DNA of 24,000 nucleotides from NCBI RefSeq assembly GCF_039719005.1, contig NZ_CP133584.1:1666622-1690621 (forward strand), given 5' to 3'. The DNA is from Bengtsoniella intestinalis. GTDB lineage: Bacteria > Bacillota > Clostridia > Oscillospirales > Oscillospiraceae. Position numbers and translations under genes: made by a program. Below are positions 1 to 9,258 of this stretch, in pieces; position 1 is the first letter of the stretch, and each line of letters opens with the position of its first letter. The notes beneath the pieces are model-generated. The model did not search any database. It was given only the letters and a program-made list of their open reading frames with translations, and was not told the origin of the DNA.

Positions 1-2584
1 ACGAGCCAACGTAGCTACCAGTTGCAACGGTACCCATGTTATAACCGTTCATCAGCACACTGCCGCTGCTCATATATCCCACAAGACCACCTGTGGTAGA
101 AGTGCTAGAGCCTGTTACAGTGCCAAGGTTATAGCTATTGTAAATCGCCCCAGAGGTTTGCCCCACCAAACCGCCAATGTTGGCTTTGCCACCATCGATG
201 ACAGAGATGGTTCCTTCATTAAAGGTGTTTTTCAAAACAGAAGAGTTGGAGGAGTTATTCCCCACAATGCCCCCTACATAGTTACTGCCGTTTACCGTGG
301 CATAGTTAGCGCTGTTGGTGATGGTGCCGTCACTATTTTCAGCGGTGATGCCACCTGCGGCGCCCAAGCTATCCACAATACCATTGTTATAAGCTTTGGT
401 GATGGCGGCATATTGGGTATACCCCACAATGCCACCTGCATAAGAGGCGGCATCCACAGTGCCGTAGTTCACAGCACCGTTGACAGAGCTACCACTGCTG
501 TTTAAATAGCCAATCAAACCGCCAGCCCGAGCGCCACCTGTTTTCACGGTGACGCTATTGCTTTCAGAGGTGCCGTTGGCAATATTGGTGTAAGTGCCTG
601 CGCCATAGCCTACCAAACCGCCTACATACGCATAAGAGGTTGCGGTGGCTTCCACAGTACCGTTTATCACCGTCACATTGGACACATTGGTGCCAAAATA
701 AACACGACCTGCCAATGCGCCTACATAGGAATCCCCTGTGACATTGACATTTTCTAAAGTTAAATCTTTGATATAAGAAGTGCTATCATATCCATAGCCC
801 ACTGCCGCAAATAAGCCAGCTTCTTCATCATTGGATAGCACAGTCAGGTTTTTAATGGTGTGCCCCGCACCGTCAAAGTTACCTTTAAAGGTATTGGGAA
901 TAGGGGTCCAATAATACCCATCCAGGTCAATGTCTGCGCCTAAGGTCAAGGTTTGGTTATAGTAGGTATCGCCAGACATGCCTTGCATGTAGGACACATA
1001 GGCCAATTCATCGGCGGTGGTGATGGTTTTATTGGAAAAAGCGGTAGGTGTCAACATTTTAATGTTGGCATCGGTGATGGCCGTGCTCCCCACAGACAGG
1101 GGAATGGCCACGGTTAGCTTGTTGTCTGCCGTGACAGACAAGGTGTAGCTACCAGGTGCTACGCTGGTGAAGGTGTATGCGCCGTCTTCATCCGTATAGG
1201 CAGCTTCTGTACCCAGTTGCACCAATGCACCTTCCAATTTGCCAGAAGAATCAGAGATGGTACCAGAAACATCAATCAGCGCCGCAAAGCTTGGGCTGGC
1301 AGCGTTGCCAATCCATGTGGCAGGGTTGTAGCCGTCCATAGACCAAGCGTTCAAAGCGTCAACCAAAGTGTCAGCCAATAGGGAGCTAGAACCATATTCT
1401 GTTAAATTACCACTAGAATCAAAGGTGCCACAGTCGCTTAAATTAGGGCTACTGTCACCGCTAGGCGACATATCTGCATCATTCCAATAGCAGTTTTGAA
1501 TCATTCCGCCACTACTTTGGGTGTCCACAAGAGCGACAGGGGTTTCATTTGTAGCCATAACCACTTCCCCTGCATTGTAGCTGTTGTAAACATTGCTGGC
1601 ACGACCAGCAAGCCCTGCCATATAGGGATCAGTTTCCAAAGTAAAGGTTGCTTCCACAGGTGTGGAAACGGAAACCTTCCCAGTGTTATAGCTGTTTGCC
1701 ACAGTGGTACCACTACCCATAAGGCCACCCATATAGGTGTATGCAATACTGTATTCTTCATTATCTGTGCCAGTCAGTGCCAAGGTCACAGTCCCCGTGT
1801 TGGCGCAGTTTTCCATGATATTCCCAAAGGCACCCGCCAGACCACCAGTGTAATTGCTTTTTACGCTGTCCAAAGACAGATTCATGGTAATCGCCCCATT
1901 GTTGGTGCAGTAGGACATATAATACCCACCATACCCACAGATACCGCCTACATACCGATCAGAGCTCATCCCTGTATTGTTGACGCTGGCATTGTTTTCC
2001 AGATTCATCAGGGTAGTTCCGTTGGACAAATCGGTATAATATTGTGCGTAGCCCATAATGCCACCCACATAACCAGGGGCAGAAATGGCGCCGCTGGACA
2101 CGGTGACACCAGAAACAGTGCTCCCCACCGCCACATAACCAGCCAACGCACCAGCATATTGCACTTCAGTACCTGTCAAGGTAATGCTCACATTGGAGAG
2201 GGTCAAATCCTTGATGGTACCCTTCACACTGGTGAACAGCCCAGCATAGGTGTTGCTACCAATGGAGGTATCTGTAATGATTAAGTTAGAAATGGTTTTC
2301 CCATTGCCGTCCAAATAGATGGATTTGTCACTGATGTTGGCAATGGGTGCCCATTCCTCTGACAGGGTAATATCGTCCGTCAGCTTGAAATAATAATATC
2401 CAGATTGGGAGACCATGGATGCCACAGATGCCAACGCTTCCAAGCCTGCTTGGTCTGCAATCTGGTATGGGTCGTCCACTGTACCAGAGCCATCCCATGT
2501 GTCATCCGCCGCCAACGCTACCGTGGGCAGCATGGTGAGCACCATGGCTAGGGTTACAAACAGTGCTAATATTCGTCTTTTCAT
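1..2584 (-). CDS. Secreted GLUG-repeat cell-surface protein (adhesin / IgA-protease-like passenger); N-terminal 861 codons, runs off the left edge
   Basis: It is missing from the ORF track because no stop lies in the window. Reading the reverse complement from the ATG (complement of 2582-2584), preceded by AGGAGGA, gives an uninterrupted frame: MKRRILALFVTLAMVLTMLPTVALAADDTWDGSGTVDDPYQI... (signal peptide). The frame contains two modules of the type 'ADELA..DIDL..W.PI..F.G.FDG.GHTI.NL', each followed by many GG[LI][VAM]G (GLUG-type) repeats. A beta-sandwich-like stretch (YTFTSVAPGSYTLSVTA) separates the two modules. Confidence 0.8.
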   Translation of the reverse strand, partial: MKRRILALFVTLAMVLTMLPTVALAADDTWDGSGTVDDPYQIADQAGLEALASVASMVSQSGYYYFKLTDDITLSEEWAPIANISDKSIYLDGNGKTISNLIITDTSIGSNTYAGLFTSVKGTIKDLTLSNVSITLTGTEVQYAGALAGYVAVGSTVSGVTVSSGAISAPGYVGGIMGYAQYYTDLSNGTTLMNLENNASVNNTGMSSDRYVGGICGYGGYYMSYCTNNGAITMNLSLDSVKSNYTGGLAGAFGNIMENCANTGTVTLALTGTDNEEYSIAYTYMGGLMGSGTTVANSYNTGKVSVSTPVEATFTLETDPYMAGLAGRASNVYNSYNAGEVVMATNETPVALVDTQSSGGMIQNCYWNDADMSPSGDSSPNLSDCGTFDSSGNLTEYGSSSLLADTLVDALNAWSMDGYNPATWIGNAASPSFAALIDVSGTISDSSGKLEGALVQLGTEAAYTDEDGAYTFTSVAPGSYTLSVTADNKLTVAIPLSVGSTAITDANIKMLTPTAFSNKTITTADELAYVSYMQGMSGDTYYNQTLTLGADIDLDGYYWTPIPNTFKGNFDGAGHTIKNLTVLSNDEEAGLFAAVGYGYDSTSYIKDLTLENVNVTGDSYVGALAGRVYFGTNVSNVTVINGTVEATATSYAYVGGLVGYGAGTYTNIANGTSESNSVTVKTGGARAGGLIGYLNSSGSSVNGAVNYGTVDAASYAGGIVGYTQYAAITKAYNNGIVDSLGAAGGITAENSDGTITNSANYATVNGSNYVGGIVGNNSSNSSVLKNTFNEGTISVIDGGKANIGGLVGQTSGAIYNSYNLGTVTGSSTSTTGGLVGYMSSGSVLMNGYNMGTVATGSYVGS

Positions 2585-2868
2585 TTTTTCTCCTCCTGTG
2601 GGTTCTGAAATTTATTTGCATAGTCGTGCAAGCATACCCACAGTATAAGAGATACTCGAAAAAATTGGTAGGGATTACCTACTGCTATAGGTGGACTATC
2701 CACAGATAAATAGTAGAACTTAGCTCAATGATTTCATGTAAAATCTTAGATTTATCTCATTATCAGTAGATTATCCACATTTTTCATAGTATACTACCTA
2801 TACAGCCCACTGCTGGTTTAGTATGATAGCCTAGTATAGTGTTGCCATCACGGGAGGGGAGTGTTTTC

Positions 2869-3600
2869 ATGTATCGTGTGTATTTGTTAGATGATGACAG
2901 GGTTATTTTGGAAGAATTGCGCCGTAACATCTCTTGGCTAGACAATGGCTTTGAAGTTGTTGGCAGTAGCCATTCTCCCACCATTGCTATGGATGAAATT
3001 GCCCAATTACAGCCCGATTTGGTGGTCTCTGACTTGAAAATGGAACCCTTCGACGGCATTGAGCTGATGCAAAAGCTAAAAGAGCAGGGCATCACCCCCT
3101 ATTTCTTGATGGTCAGCGCCTACGGTTCCTTTGAAAACTCACGCCGCTTTTTCTTAGAGGGTGGCTACGACTATCTACTCAAGCCCTTCGACCCCCAAGA
3201 GGTACAGCTTATCTTGGACAAGCTGTACAAAATCTTGTCTGAGGCTTCTAAGGGTGGCGCTTCTCTCAATAACTACAACCCAGCCTTTGGTGATTTGCTT
3301 GCCTATTTACAAGAAAATTACCACCTAAAGCATACCTTGGAATCTCTGGGCAAACAATTTGCCCTCAGCCCAAACTATATCTGCACCCTCTTTTCCAAAC
3401 ACTGTGACACCACCCTGACCCACTATGTTACCGACCTGCGGATGACGGCGGCCAAGCATGAAATTGAAAAGGGGCAACAGCCATTGAAAGCCATTGCCAG
3501 CCAGTGTGGTTACAACGATTATCGGTATTTCAATCGGGTGTTTAAGGAATATTGTGGCGTGTCACCTAGGAACTACAAGGAAACAGGCGGTGGCGCATGA
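2869..3600 (+). CDS. Two-component response regulator, receiver plus AraC-type HTH output (YesN-like)
   Basis: The ATG at 2869 is preceded by GGGAGGGGA, so the track start at 2839 is probably too early. The receiver signature is MYRVYLLDDD...DLVVSDLKM...LMVSAYG...DYLLKP. The C-terminal AraC HTH signature is LAISPNY-type ...GYNDYRYFNRVFKEYCGVSPRNY. Confidence 0.9.
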   Translation: MYRVYLLDDDRVILEELRRNISWLDNGFEVVGSSHSPTIAMDEIAQLQPDLVVSDLKMEPFDGIELMQKLKEQGITPYFLMVSAYGSFENSRRFFLEGGYDYLLKPFDPQEVQLILDKLYKILSEASKGGASLNNYNPAFGDLLAYLQENYHLKHTLESLGKQFALSPNYICTLFSKHCDTTLTHYVTDLRMTAAKHEIEKGQQPLKAIASQCGYNDYRYFNRVFKEYCGVSPRNYKETGGGA

Positions 3601-5171
3601 ATTATTTTTTCCGTTGGATTTTCATGAGTCTTGGCATACTGGTCTTTGGCATCGCCCTAATTTTCACATGGGGCATAGAGGACACCACGCCCCAAGAGGT
3701 CTTAACCATCGCCATCCCCTACCAAGAGGATATTTTTGATATCAATGATAGCACCTATGTAGCTTGGCTCAGTGAACAAATCGGCATGACGGTGGAATTT
3801 TCTTTTTTGCAATCCAACTACACCGACAGCTATATCAAGCAAATTTTAGCTGACCCCAATACGGCCTATGATGGGATATTTTTCACCAAAAGTACAGCAC
3901 CAACTCAAACGGAGCTAAGCGCCTATATCGCCACAGGGGGTATTGTGGCGATAGATACTTGGATTGACCAAGAAAGTGTCTATCTGGCAGAAACCCTGAA
4001 TACCTTTGATGATTACGATTTAAGGCAGGAAATCACCCATACCGATGGTCACATCTATTATATGCCTGCCTTAGATGCCTCCTCTGTGTCCAAATCCGCC
4101 CAAACCATGTGGGTCAACGTGGATTTATTGGAGGATGTGGGGCTACAGCTCCCCTCCACCACCGAGGACTTTGCCCAGATGCTGGCCGCCTTTGCGGACT
4201 ATGATGGAACCATGGCACCTATCATGGGCACCAGTGATCAGAGCTACTTCTTTCCCCTATACTTTTTGATGAATTCCTTCATCACCTGTGATAACCAAAA
4301 TCACTTTTTATATCTGGAAGGTAGTGAAGTTCTCTTTGCGCCCTCCAGTGATAACTGGAGGGCGGGATTACAGTACTGTAATCGGCTTTTTGCCCAAGGG
4401 CTGATACCCGATGCGGTGTTCAACTATTCCCAAGATGCCTTTCTTGCTATCTGCAATGACCCCGACAATCTGGTGGGTTGCTTTACCACCGACTCTATCG
4501 CCAGTGTGCTCTCAGAAAATTCCCCTGCCCTGCTCAGCCGCTATCTGGCGGTTTCGCCCTTGGACAGCGGATACAACACCCCAGTGGCTCTGGTATCTAC
4601 GCCACTGCCCAGTGTAGGTGGCGTTGTGCTGTCCACCTCTCAGTACCAAGATGAGGTGTTTGCCCTGATGGATTTGATGTGCAGTGAGGAGGGCTATCTC
4701 CGTGGTCATTACGGTGTCCCAGACGAGGATTGGACGGAGGCCGCCCCAGAGGATATCACCGTCAGCGGTGATAAGGCAGTCATTACGGTAACCCAATCGG
4801 TGGGTACCACCAGCGATACAGACAGCGCCCACGTCATTGGCCCCTACATCGCCAGCGAAACCTATGCCGATATGGTGGCATGGAAGGGCTATCAGGTGAA
4901 CCAAAGCGCCTATTTGGATGCCCGTGCCTATCGCACCTATGAGTATTACGCCCCAGAGGAGTCATTGCCTTACTTACAGCTATCCACCGATACAGTCCAA
5001 GAGTTGGATGCCTTTGTAGAGGAAGCTATGATTGCCTTTGTCACAGGGGAATGGGACATTGATAGCGACGAAGCCTGGCAAGCCTATTTAGATGCCCTAG
5101 CTACCTATTCCGTGGATGATTTGGTAGCACAGGGACAACTGTTCTATACAGAAAGCGAGGAAACCCCATGA
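3597..5171 (+). CDS. Large extracellular solute-binding protein (LplA/YesO-like, family 1), membrane-anchored by an N-terminal TM helix
   Basis: Its ATG overlaps the regulator stop (ATGA). The N-terminal hydrophobic helix is FRWIFMSLGILVFGIALIF, with no lipobox Cys. The size of about 520 aa and the composition fit the big sugar-binding SBPs that accompany YesM/YesN systems. Confidence 0.75.
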   Translation: MNYFFRWIFMSLGILVFGIALIFTWGIEDTTPQEVLTIAIPYQEDIFDINDSTYVAWLSEQIGMTVEFSFLQSNYTDSYIKQILADPNTAYDGIFFTKSTAPTQTELSAYIATGGIVAIDTWIDQESVYLAETLNTFDDYDLRQEITHTDGHIYYMPALDASSVSKSAQTMWVNVDLLEDVGLQLPSTTEDFAQMLAAFADYDGTMAPIMGTSDQSYFFPLYFLMNSFITCDNQNHFLYLEGSEVLFAPSSDNWRAGLQYCNRLFAQGLIPDAVFNYSQDAFLAICNDPDNLVGCFTTDSIASVLSENSPALLSRYLAVSPLDSGYNTPVALVSTPLPSVGGVVLSTSQYQDEVFALMDLMCSEEGYLRGHYGVPDEDWTEAAPEDITVSGDKAVITVTQSVGTTSDTDSAHVIGPYIASETYADMVAWKGYQVNQSAYLDARAYRTYEYYAPEESLPYLQLSTDTVQELDAFVEEAMIAFVTGEWDIDSDEAWQAYLDALATYSVDDLVAQGQLFYTESEETP

Positions 5172-6328
5172 AGCGTATGATGGCACTGATATTGGCCTGC
5201 GCCTGCTTGACTGGCTGTTCCACCACAGCCACCCTCTCCCCACAGGAGGAATATCTCAACGCATGGTATGAGGAAACGGATTTTTCAGGTACAGAAACCA
5301 TAGCGGAATTGTATGAAGCCGCCTTGCAGGAGGACACCTTGGTGGTGTACAGCATCACCACTCGTATCTATGATGTGGTGGAGTCCTTTCAGGCGGAATA
5401 TCCCGGTCTTACTGTGGAAATTTACGATACCCGTGCCCAAGATTTACTTGTGACCTTGCAAGAGGCCTACGACAATGAGGATTGGTTTTGTGATATTGTC
5501 ATTTGCTCCGATGACAACGGACAGCAATCCACAGAGCTGGCCGCCATTAAAATGGTGAACAAATATGTACCCGTTGACATTGAGCCCTATATCCTCCCCC
5601 AATGTAATGATGTCCTGCTGAATTTTGTCATAGAGGCAGAACAGCTTTTCTACAATCCCACCGTCTACGACAGTTGCCCCATTGATAATTGGTGGGCATT
5701 GACTGAGCCAGAGTGGGAGGGGAAAATTTATATGAATAGCCCTCTCCGCTCCCACCCTGCCTATGCCACTGTCCATGCCGTTATTGAGCGCAGTGATGAG
5801 ATGGCGGAACTGTATGAGGCATACTTTGGTGAACCCTTGGATATTCCAGAGGGTAGCTGTGCTGGTGAAATTTTCTGGGAGATGCTAGTGGCCAATGGGC
5901 TACAGTTTACCACCAGTTCCAATGAATTGGTGGAAATCATCGGTGGTGACGTGCCTACAAACGACGGCATGGCCTTTATGATTTCCAGCAAAATCCGCCG
6001 TTCCTCCATTGGGCTTGATGTCACCCCTGCCTATGGGGTGGCCCCTTGCGATGGTGTCTATTCCGCCAACAGCATTTCCATTGCAGGTGGCTCCGACAGC
6101 ACCGCTACGGCAAAGCTCTTTATCCGCTGGCTCCTAGGTGAAACCGATGGCACTGGCGAAGGATTGGAGGCCTATCAAACCGATGGCACATGGTCCGTTC
6201 GCACTGATGTCACCAGTCAATCTGAGATGGAACTGGATGAAATAGAGTTCTGGGACAACGACAAAGAAACCGTTTTAGCCATGGAAGATGAAGTTTTGGC
6301 ATTTTGGGCTACCTTGCAAACAGAGTAA
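5168..6328 (+). CDS. Lipoprotein, periplasmic-binding-protein fold (FbpA/PotD-like extracellular solute-binding protein)
   Basis: The start overlaps the upstream stop (ATGA). The lipobox is MKRMMALILACACLTGC|S. The pattern TLVVYS...F...YPGLTVE...(D)IV is typical of type II SBPs. Confidence 0.7.
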   Translation: MKRMMALILACACLTGCSTTATLSPQEEYLNAWYEETDFSGTETIAELYEAALQEDTLVVYSITTRIYDVVESFQAEYPGLTVEIYDTRAQDLLVTLQEAYDNEDWFCDIVICSDDNGQQSTELAAIKMVNKYVPVDIEPYILPQCNDVLLNFVIEAEQLFYNPTVYDSCPIDNWWALTEPEWEGKIYMNSPLRSHPAYATVHAVIERSDEMAELYEAYFGEPLDIPEGSCAGEIFWEMLVANGLQFTTSSNELVEIIGGDVPTNDGMAFMISSKIRRSSIGLDVTPAYGVAPCDGVYSANSISIAGGSDSTATAKLFIRWLLGETDGTGEGLEAYQTDGTWSVRTDVTSQSEMELDEIEFWDNDKETVLAMEDEVLAFWATLQTE

Positions 6329-6350
6329 CTGACAGAAGGAGGTTGAGACA

Positions 6351-8024
6351 GTGAAAGGCAGAGGACTATCCCTAAAATTGAAAATCAACCTTGTGCTGGG
6401 GCTACTGCTTGTGTCCATTTTGCTCTGCTGGGTCAGCTTCTACACCCGTGCCAACAACGCCATAGAAGAGAGTGCTGAAAATCTAGTCACCCAAGTTTCA
6501 GGACGTGTCAGTGATTTGGTTTACACCACTTTTTTATATCTGGAGCACACTGCTATGGTGCTCTCCACCAGTCAAACGGTGACGGAGCTGTTGGCAGAGG
6601 AGGACCCACTGGTCTATTACGCCCTCCGTGACCAAGTAGTGGCCTTGGCTGACTCCGTCTATCAGACCAATGGATTGGTGGACGACATTGTGCTCTACGA
6701 CACCCAAGGGAATTTTTGTCGTCTCCGTGGTGATTTGGGCAACACAGCCGCAACACGGATGAGTTACTTGGTGCCCTCTCAAACTCTGATGCAACACGGC
6801 ATTGTCACCTTAGAGGGAGACACCTATCTGAGCTATACCATAGAAGTGGTGGATCAGGGGCACTGTGTGGGCTATGTAGTGTTTCTCATGGAAACCACAC
6901 GCCTTCAAAATATTTTTGCAAGTTACGATACATCTGGATTATTGTCTGTAGACCTTGTGGCCGATGGTGCTTTACTCAGTGGTGAAACGGGGGTTTACAC
7001 CACCGCTGAGGTGATAGAAACAGCCAACACCTACTCCCTCACCTCCATCGGTTCCTCCCCGTTTTCTGTGTTGGTTTGGGACGATGGCGGACTCAATGAC
7101 CAGATTTTCGAGTATTTTGTTTTGATTGGTTTGGTCATCACCGCACTGCTTCTACTGCTGATGGGCGGTAGCTATCGCCTGCTCAATCGTTTGGTATTTA
7201 CCCCTATGTTACGCCTCATGTATAACGCCAAAGAGGTGGAGCAAGACCCCTCTCGCCTTCTTTTGGATATGACGGGACAACTGGAATTTGACCAGTTGGT
7301 CGCCCAATTCAACCACCTCATCGGCCAGCTAGAGGAACGGACCCAGGCGGCCTTCCAGCTAGAGCGCACCGTCCATGCCACAGAACTAGAACGGCAAACT
7401 GCCATTGTGGCCTCTTTGAAAAAGCAAATCAACGCCCACTTCACCGTCAATACCTTGGCAGTCATCCGTGGCTTAAACCGACAAGGTGAAACCGAAAAAG
7501 TTGCCAAACTCAGTGACGGTCTCGCCCATCTTCTCCGCTATGCCTACGATGGTGACGAGTCCATTTCCTGCTTGAGCGAAGTCATCATCCTTGAACGATA
7601 CGCCACCATGATGCAAATTCGTTACCCAGACAGATTTACAGCAGATTTCGATGTTGATTGCGACATCGAAGAGGTAAGTATGCCTCGTATGTTACTCCAG
7701 CCCATTTTAGAAAATGCCATTGTCCATGGCTTTGCCAATCAAACAGGATGTCACCTGACTCTGTGGGGGGAGAAAGTCCATAACACCCTTTGCTTTACCA
7801 TCACCGATGACGGCCATGGTATGCCAGTGGATAAATTAAAATCCCTGCAGGACACCATCAATGCTGTTACCCCTACGTCTCACAACCCAGATGGCCTAAA
7901 GCAAATTGCCTTAGCTAACATCCAAAAACGAGTGGTGACGGATTATGGCATGGGGTTCGGACTAACAATCGAGTCTCAAGAGGGAGAGGGTACTACGGTC
8001 ACACTGACACTCCCTTGTGGGTAA
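6351..8024 (+). CDS. Sensor histidine kinase, YesM/LytS-type (His_kinase plus HATPase_c), with two TM helices, an extracellular sensor domain and a HAMP domain
   Basis: The start is a GTG after AGGAGG. TM1 is LVLGLLLVSILLCWV and TM2 is FVLIGLVITALLLLLMG. The phosphoacceptor box is LKKQINAHFTVNTL. The ATPase N/G boxes are LQPILENAIVHG and ITDDGHGM...GFGL. Confidence 0.9.
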   Translation: MKGRGLSLKLKINLVLGLLLVSILLCWVSFYTRANNAIEESAENLVTQVSGRVSDLVYTTFLYLEHTAMVLSTSQTVTELLAEEDPLVYYALRDQVVALADSVYQTNGLVDDIVLYDTQGNFCRLRGDLGNTAATRMSYLVPSQTLMQHGIVTLEGDTYLSYTIEVVDQGHCVGYVVFLMETTRLQNIFASYDTSGLLSVDLVADGALLSGETGVYTTAEVIETANTYSLTSIGSSPFSVLVWDDGGLNDQIFEYFVLIGLVITALLLLLMGGSYRLLNRLVFTPMLRLMYNAKEVEQDPSRLLLDMTGQLEFDQLVAQFNHLIGQLEERTQAAFQLERTVHATELERQTAIVASLKKQINAHFTVNTLAVIRGLNRQGETEKVAKLSDGLAHLLRYAYDGDESISCLSEVIILERYATMMQIRYPDRFTADFDVDCDIEEVSMPRMLLQPILENAIVHGFANQTGCHLTLWGEKVHNTLCFTITDDGHGMPVDKLKSLQDTINAVTPTSHNPDGLKQIALANIQKRVVTDYGMGFGLTIESQEGEGTTVTLTLPCG

Positions 8025-8060
8025 ATGGACAAGTCTTCGTAGGAAAACTTATGATATATA

Positions 8061-8099
8061 CGAAAGAGGTGCCTATCCGTTGGATGGGCACCTCTTTCG
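8061..8099 (+). terminator. Rho-independent terminator after the two-component operon
   Basis: A 13-bp perfect stem, cgaaagaggtgcc / ggcacctctttcg, is followed by a T-rich tail (tgtgttgt). Confidence 0.65.
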
Positions 8100-8103
8100 T
8101 GTG

Positions 8104-8133
8104 TTGTAATTTTATAGCTCACTGTGTTATAAT
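8104..8133 (+). promoter_or_regulatory. Candidate sigma-A promoter for ireB
   Basis: TTGTAA, an 18-bp spacer, then TATAAT with an upstream TGt (extended -10). It lies 34 bp upstream of the ireB start. Confidence 0.4.
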
Positions 8134-8166
8134 AAAAGATAAGTATGGAAGTGAGGAGGGGTCATC

Positions 8167-8415
8167 TTGTCTGAATATATACAGAAATTGAACTATACGC
8201 AGGAGAATATCGGTGAAATCCGAGCTATATTACAGAACGTGTACCAGTCTCTCCTAGAAAAAGGGTATAGCCCTATCACCCAACTCGCAGGATATATCCT
8301 AACTGGCGATCCAACTTACATCACCAACTACAATCACGCTCGCCAGATTATCCAACGTGTAGATCGAGATATGCTGATGCAAGTATTACTACAGGATTAC
8401 TTGAAAGACAGTTAA
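8167..8415 (+). CDS. ireB: IreB-family regulatory phosphoprotein (UPF0297, B. subtilis YrzL-like)
   Basis: The start is a TTG after GAGGAGGGG. The 82-aa product carries the family signature ...V..AL.EKGYSPI.Q..GYILTGDP.YIT....AR..I....RD.L...LL..YL. Confidence 0.8.
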   Translation: MSEYIQKLNYTQENIGEIRAILQNVYQSLLEKGYSPITQLAGYILTGDPTYITNYNHARQIIQRVDRDMLMQVLLQDYLKDS

Positions 8416-8597
8416 AAGTCGTACCCAACGCTTTGCCAACCAATAAGTGGTGCAAAAGGGCGTGAAATGGTGTGCATTTTTAGTGCGAATATATATAATT
8501 ATGAGCGTACAATGAAATAAATGTCGAAAGCGGAAGTGTAGTTCCTGTAAAATATATGTGTTTTCCTTTATACTTCTTATAAAAAGGAGAAAACACT

Positions 8598-8813
8598 ATG
8601 CTAAAAGAAGCTTTAGCAGTCATACTTCGGCAAACACGGAAAGATAAAGGATGGACACAAGAGCAGGCAGCAGAAAAATGCGGCATTTCGGATAGAAGTA
8701 TTCGAGATGTGGAACACGGAAGTACCAATTTAAAGATAGACACCGTAGAGAAGATATGTAGCGGAATCGGCGTTATCGTCACTCTCCAAGGACTGGGTGA
8801 TAATGATGCATGA
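8598..8813 (+). CDS. XRE-family helix-turn-helix regulator (71 aa)
   Basis: The RBS is AAGGAG. The HTH_3 pattern is LRQTRKDKGWTQEQAAEKCGISDRSIRDVEHG. Confidence 0.8.
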   Translation: MLKEALAVILRQTRKDKGWTQEQAAEKCGISDRSIRDVEHGSTNLKIDTVEKICSGIGVIVTLQGLGDNDA

Positions 8814-9258
8814 TGTACCATTTATTTACCCCAGAATATATGATACGCTTTATGAGCTGGGGATTACTGCCAACTATGTTGGCTTTTTTCATACCTCTTT
8901 CGGCGTGTATTTGGCAGTTAACCAACCTGAGCGTATGCAGTATATTACAAAGTGGCTCTATCCAGATATTGCAAAGCAATATCATACCAACTGGAAATCG
9001 GTGGAGCGAAATATTCGTTCTGTGACTGCTATTGCCTGGAACACAAACCCGTTATTATTGCAAACTATGGCACGACACCCTCTAAGCAAAAGACCTTGTA
9101 ATTCCCAATTTATCGCTATCTTAGCCGCTCAATTTCCCTTGCCCTTATTCGGTGCCTGCGCTCTTTTGCCACAAGAGGGATTGACGGTATCTAACAAGGA
9201 ATACAGGCACCTAGTTGCGGTGGCTAGTGAAGCGGATAGACAAAAAATAAGCATCTAA
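8797..9258 (+). CDS. Standalone Spo0A C-terminal (DNA-binding) domain protein
   Basis: The stretch GITANYVGFFHTSFGVYLAV...ITKWLYPDIAKQYHTNWKSVERNIRSVTAIAW...KRPCNSQFIAILAAQF matches the Spo0A effector domain pattern (ITK.LYPDIAKK..TT.S.VERAIRHAIEVAW...KPTNSEFIA..A). There is no receiver domain. It overlaps the XRE gene by 17 nt. Confidence 0.75.
   Translation: MIMMHDVPFIYPRIYDTLYELGITANYVGFFHTSFGVYLAVNQPERMQYITKWLYPDIAKQYHTNWKSVERNIRSVTAIAWNTNPLLLQTMARHPLSKRPCNSQFIAILAAQFPLPLFGACALLPQEGLTVSNKEYRHLVAVASEADRQKISI

Noticed and set aside
158-2284. Plus-strand track ORFs 158-505 and 1496-2284 (and minus-strand 1501-1761)
   Set aside because: They lie antisense to, or out of frame within, the long uninterrupted minus-strand GLUG-repeat gene. 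They have no RBS, and their low-complexity G/T/H-rich translations are typical shadow ORFs.
8480-9025. Minus-strand ORFs 8480-8821 and 8779-8985, and plus-strand 8810-9025
   Set aside because: They overlap the well-supported XRE and Spo0A_C-like genes in other frames, and their translations lack any recognisable pattern.
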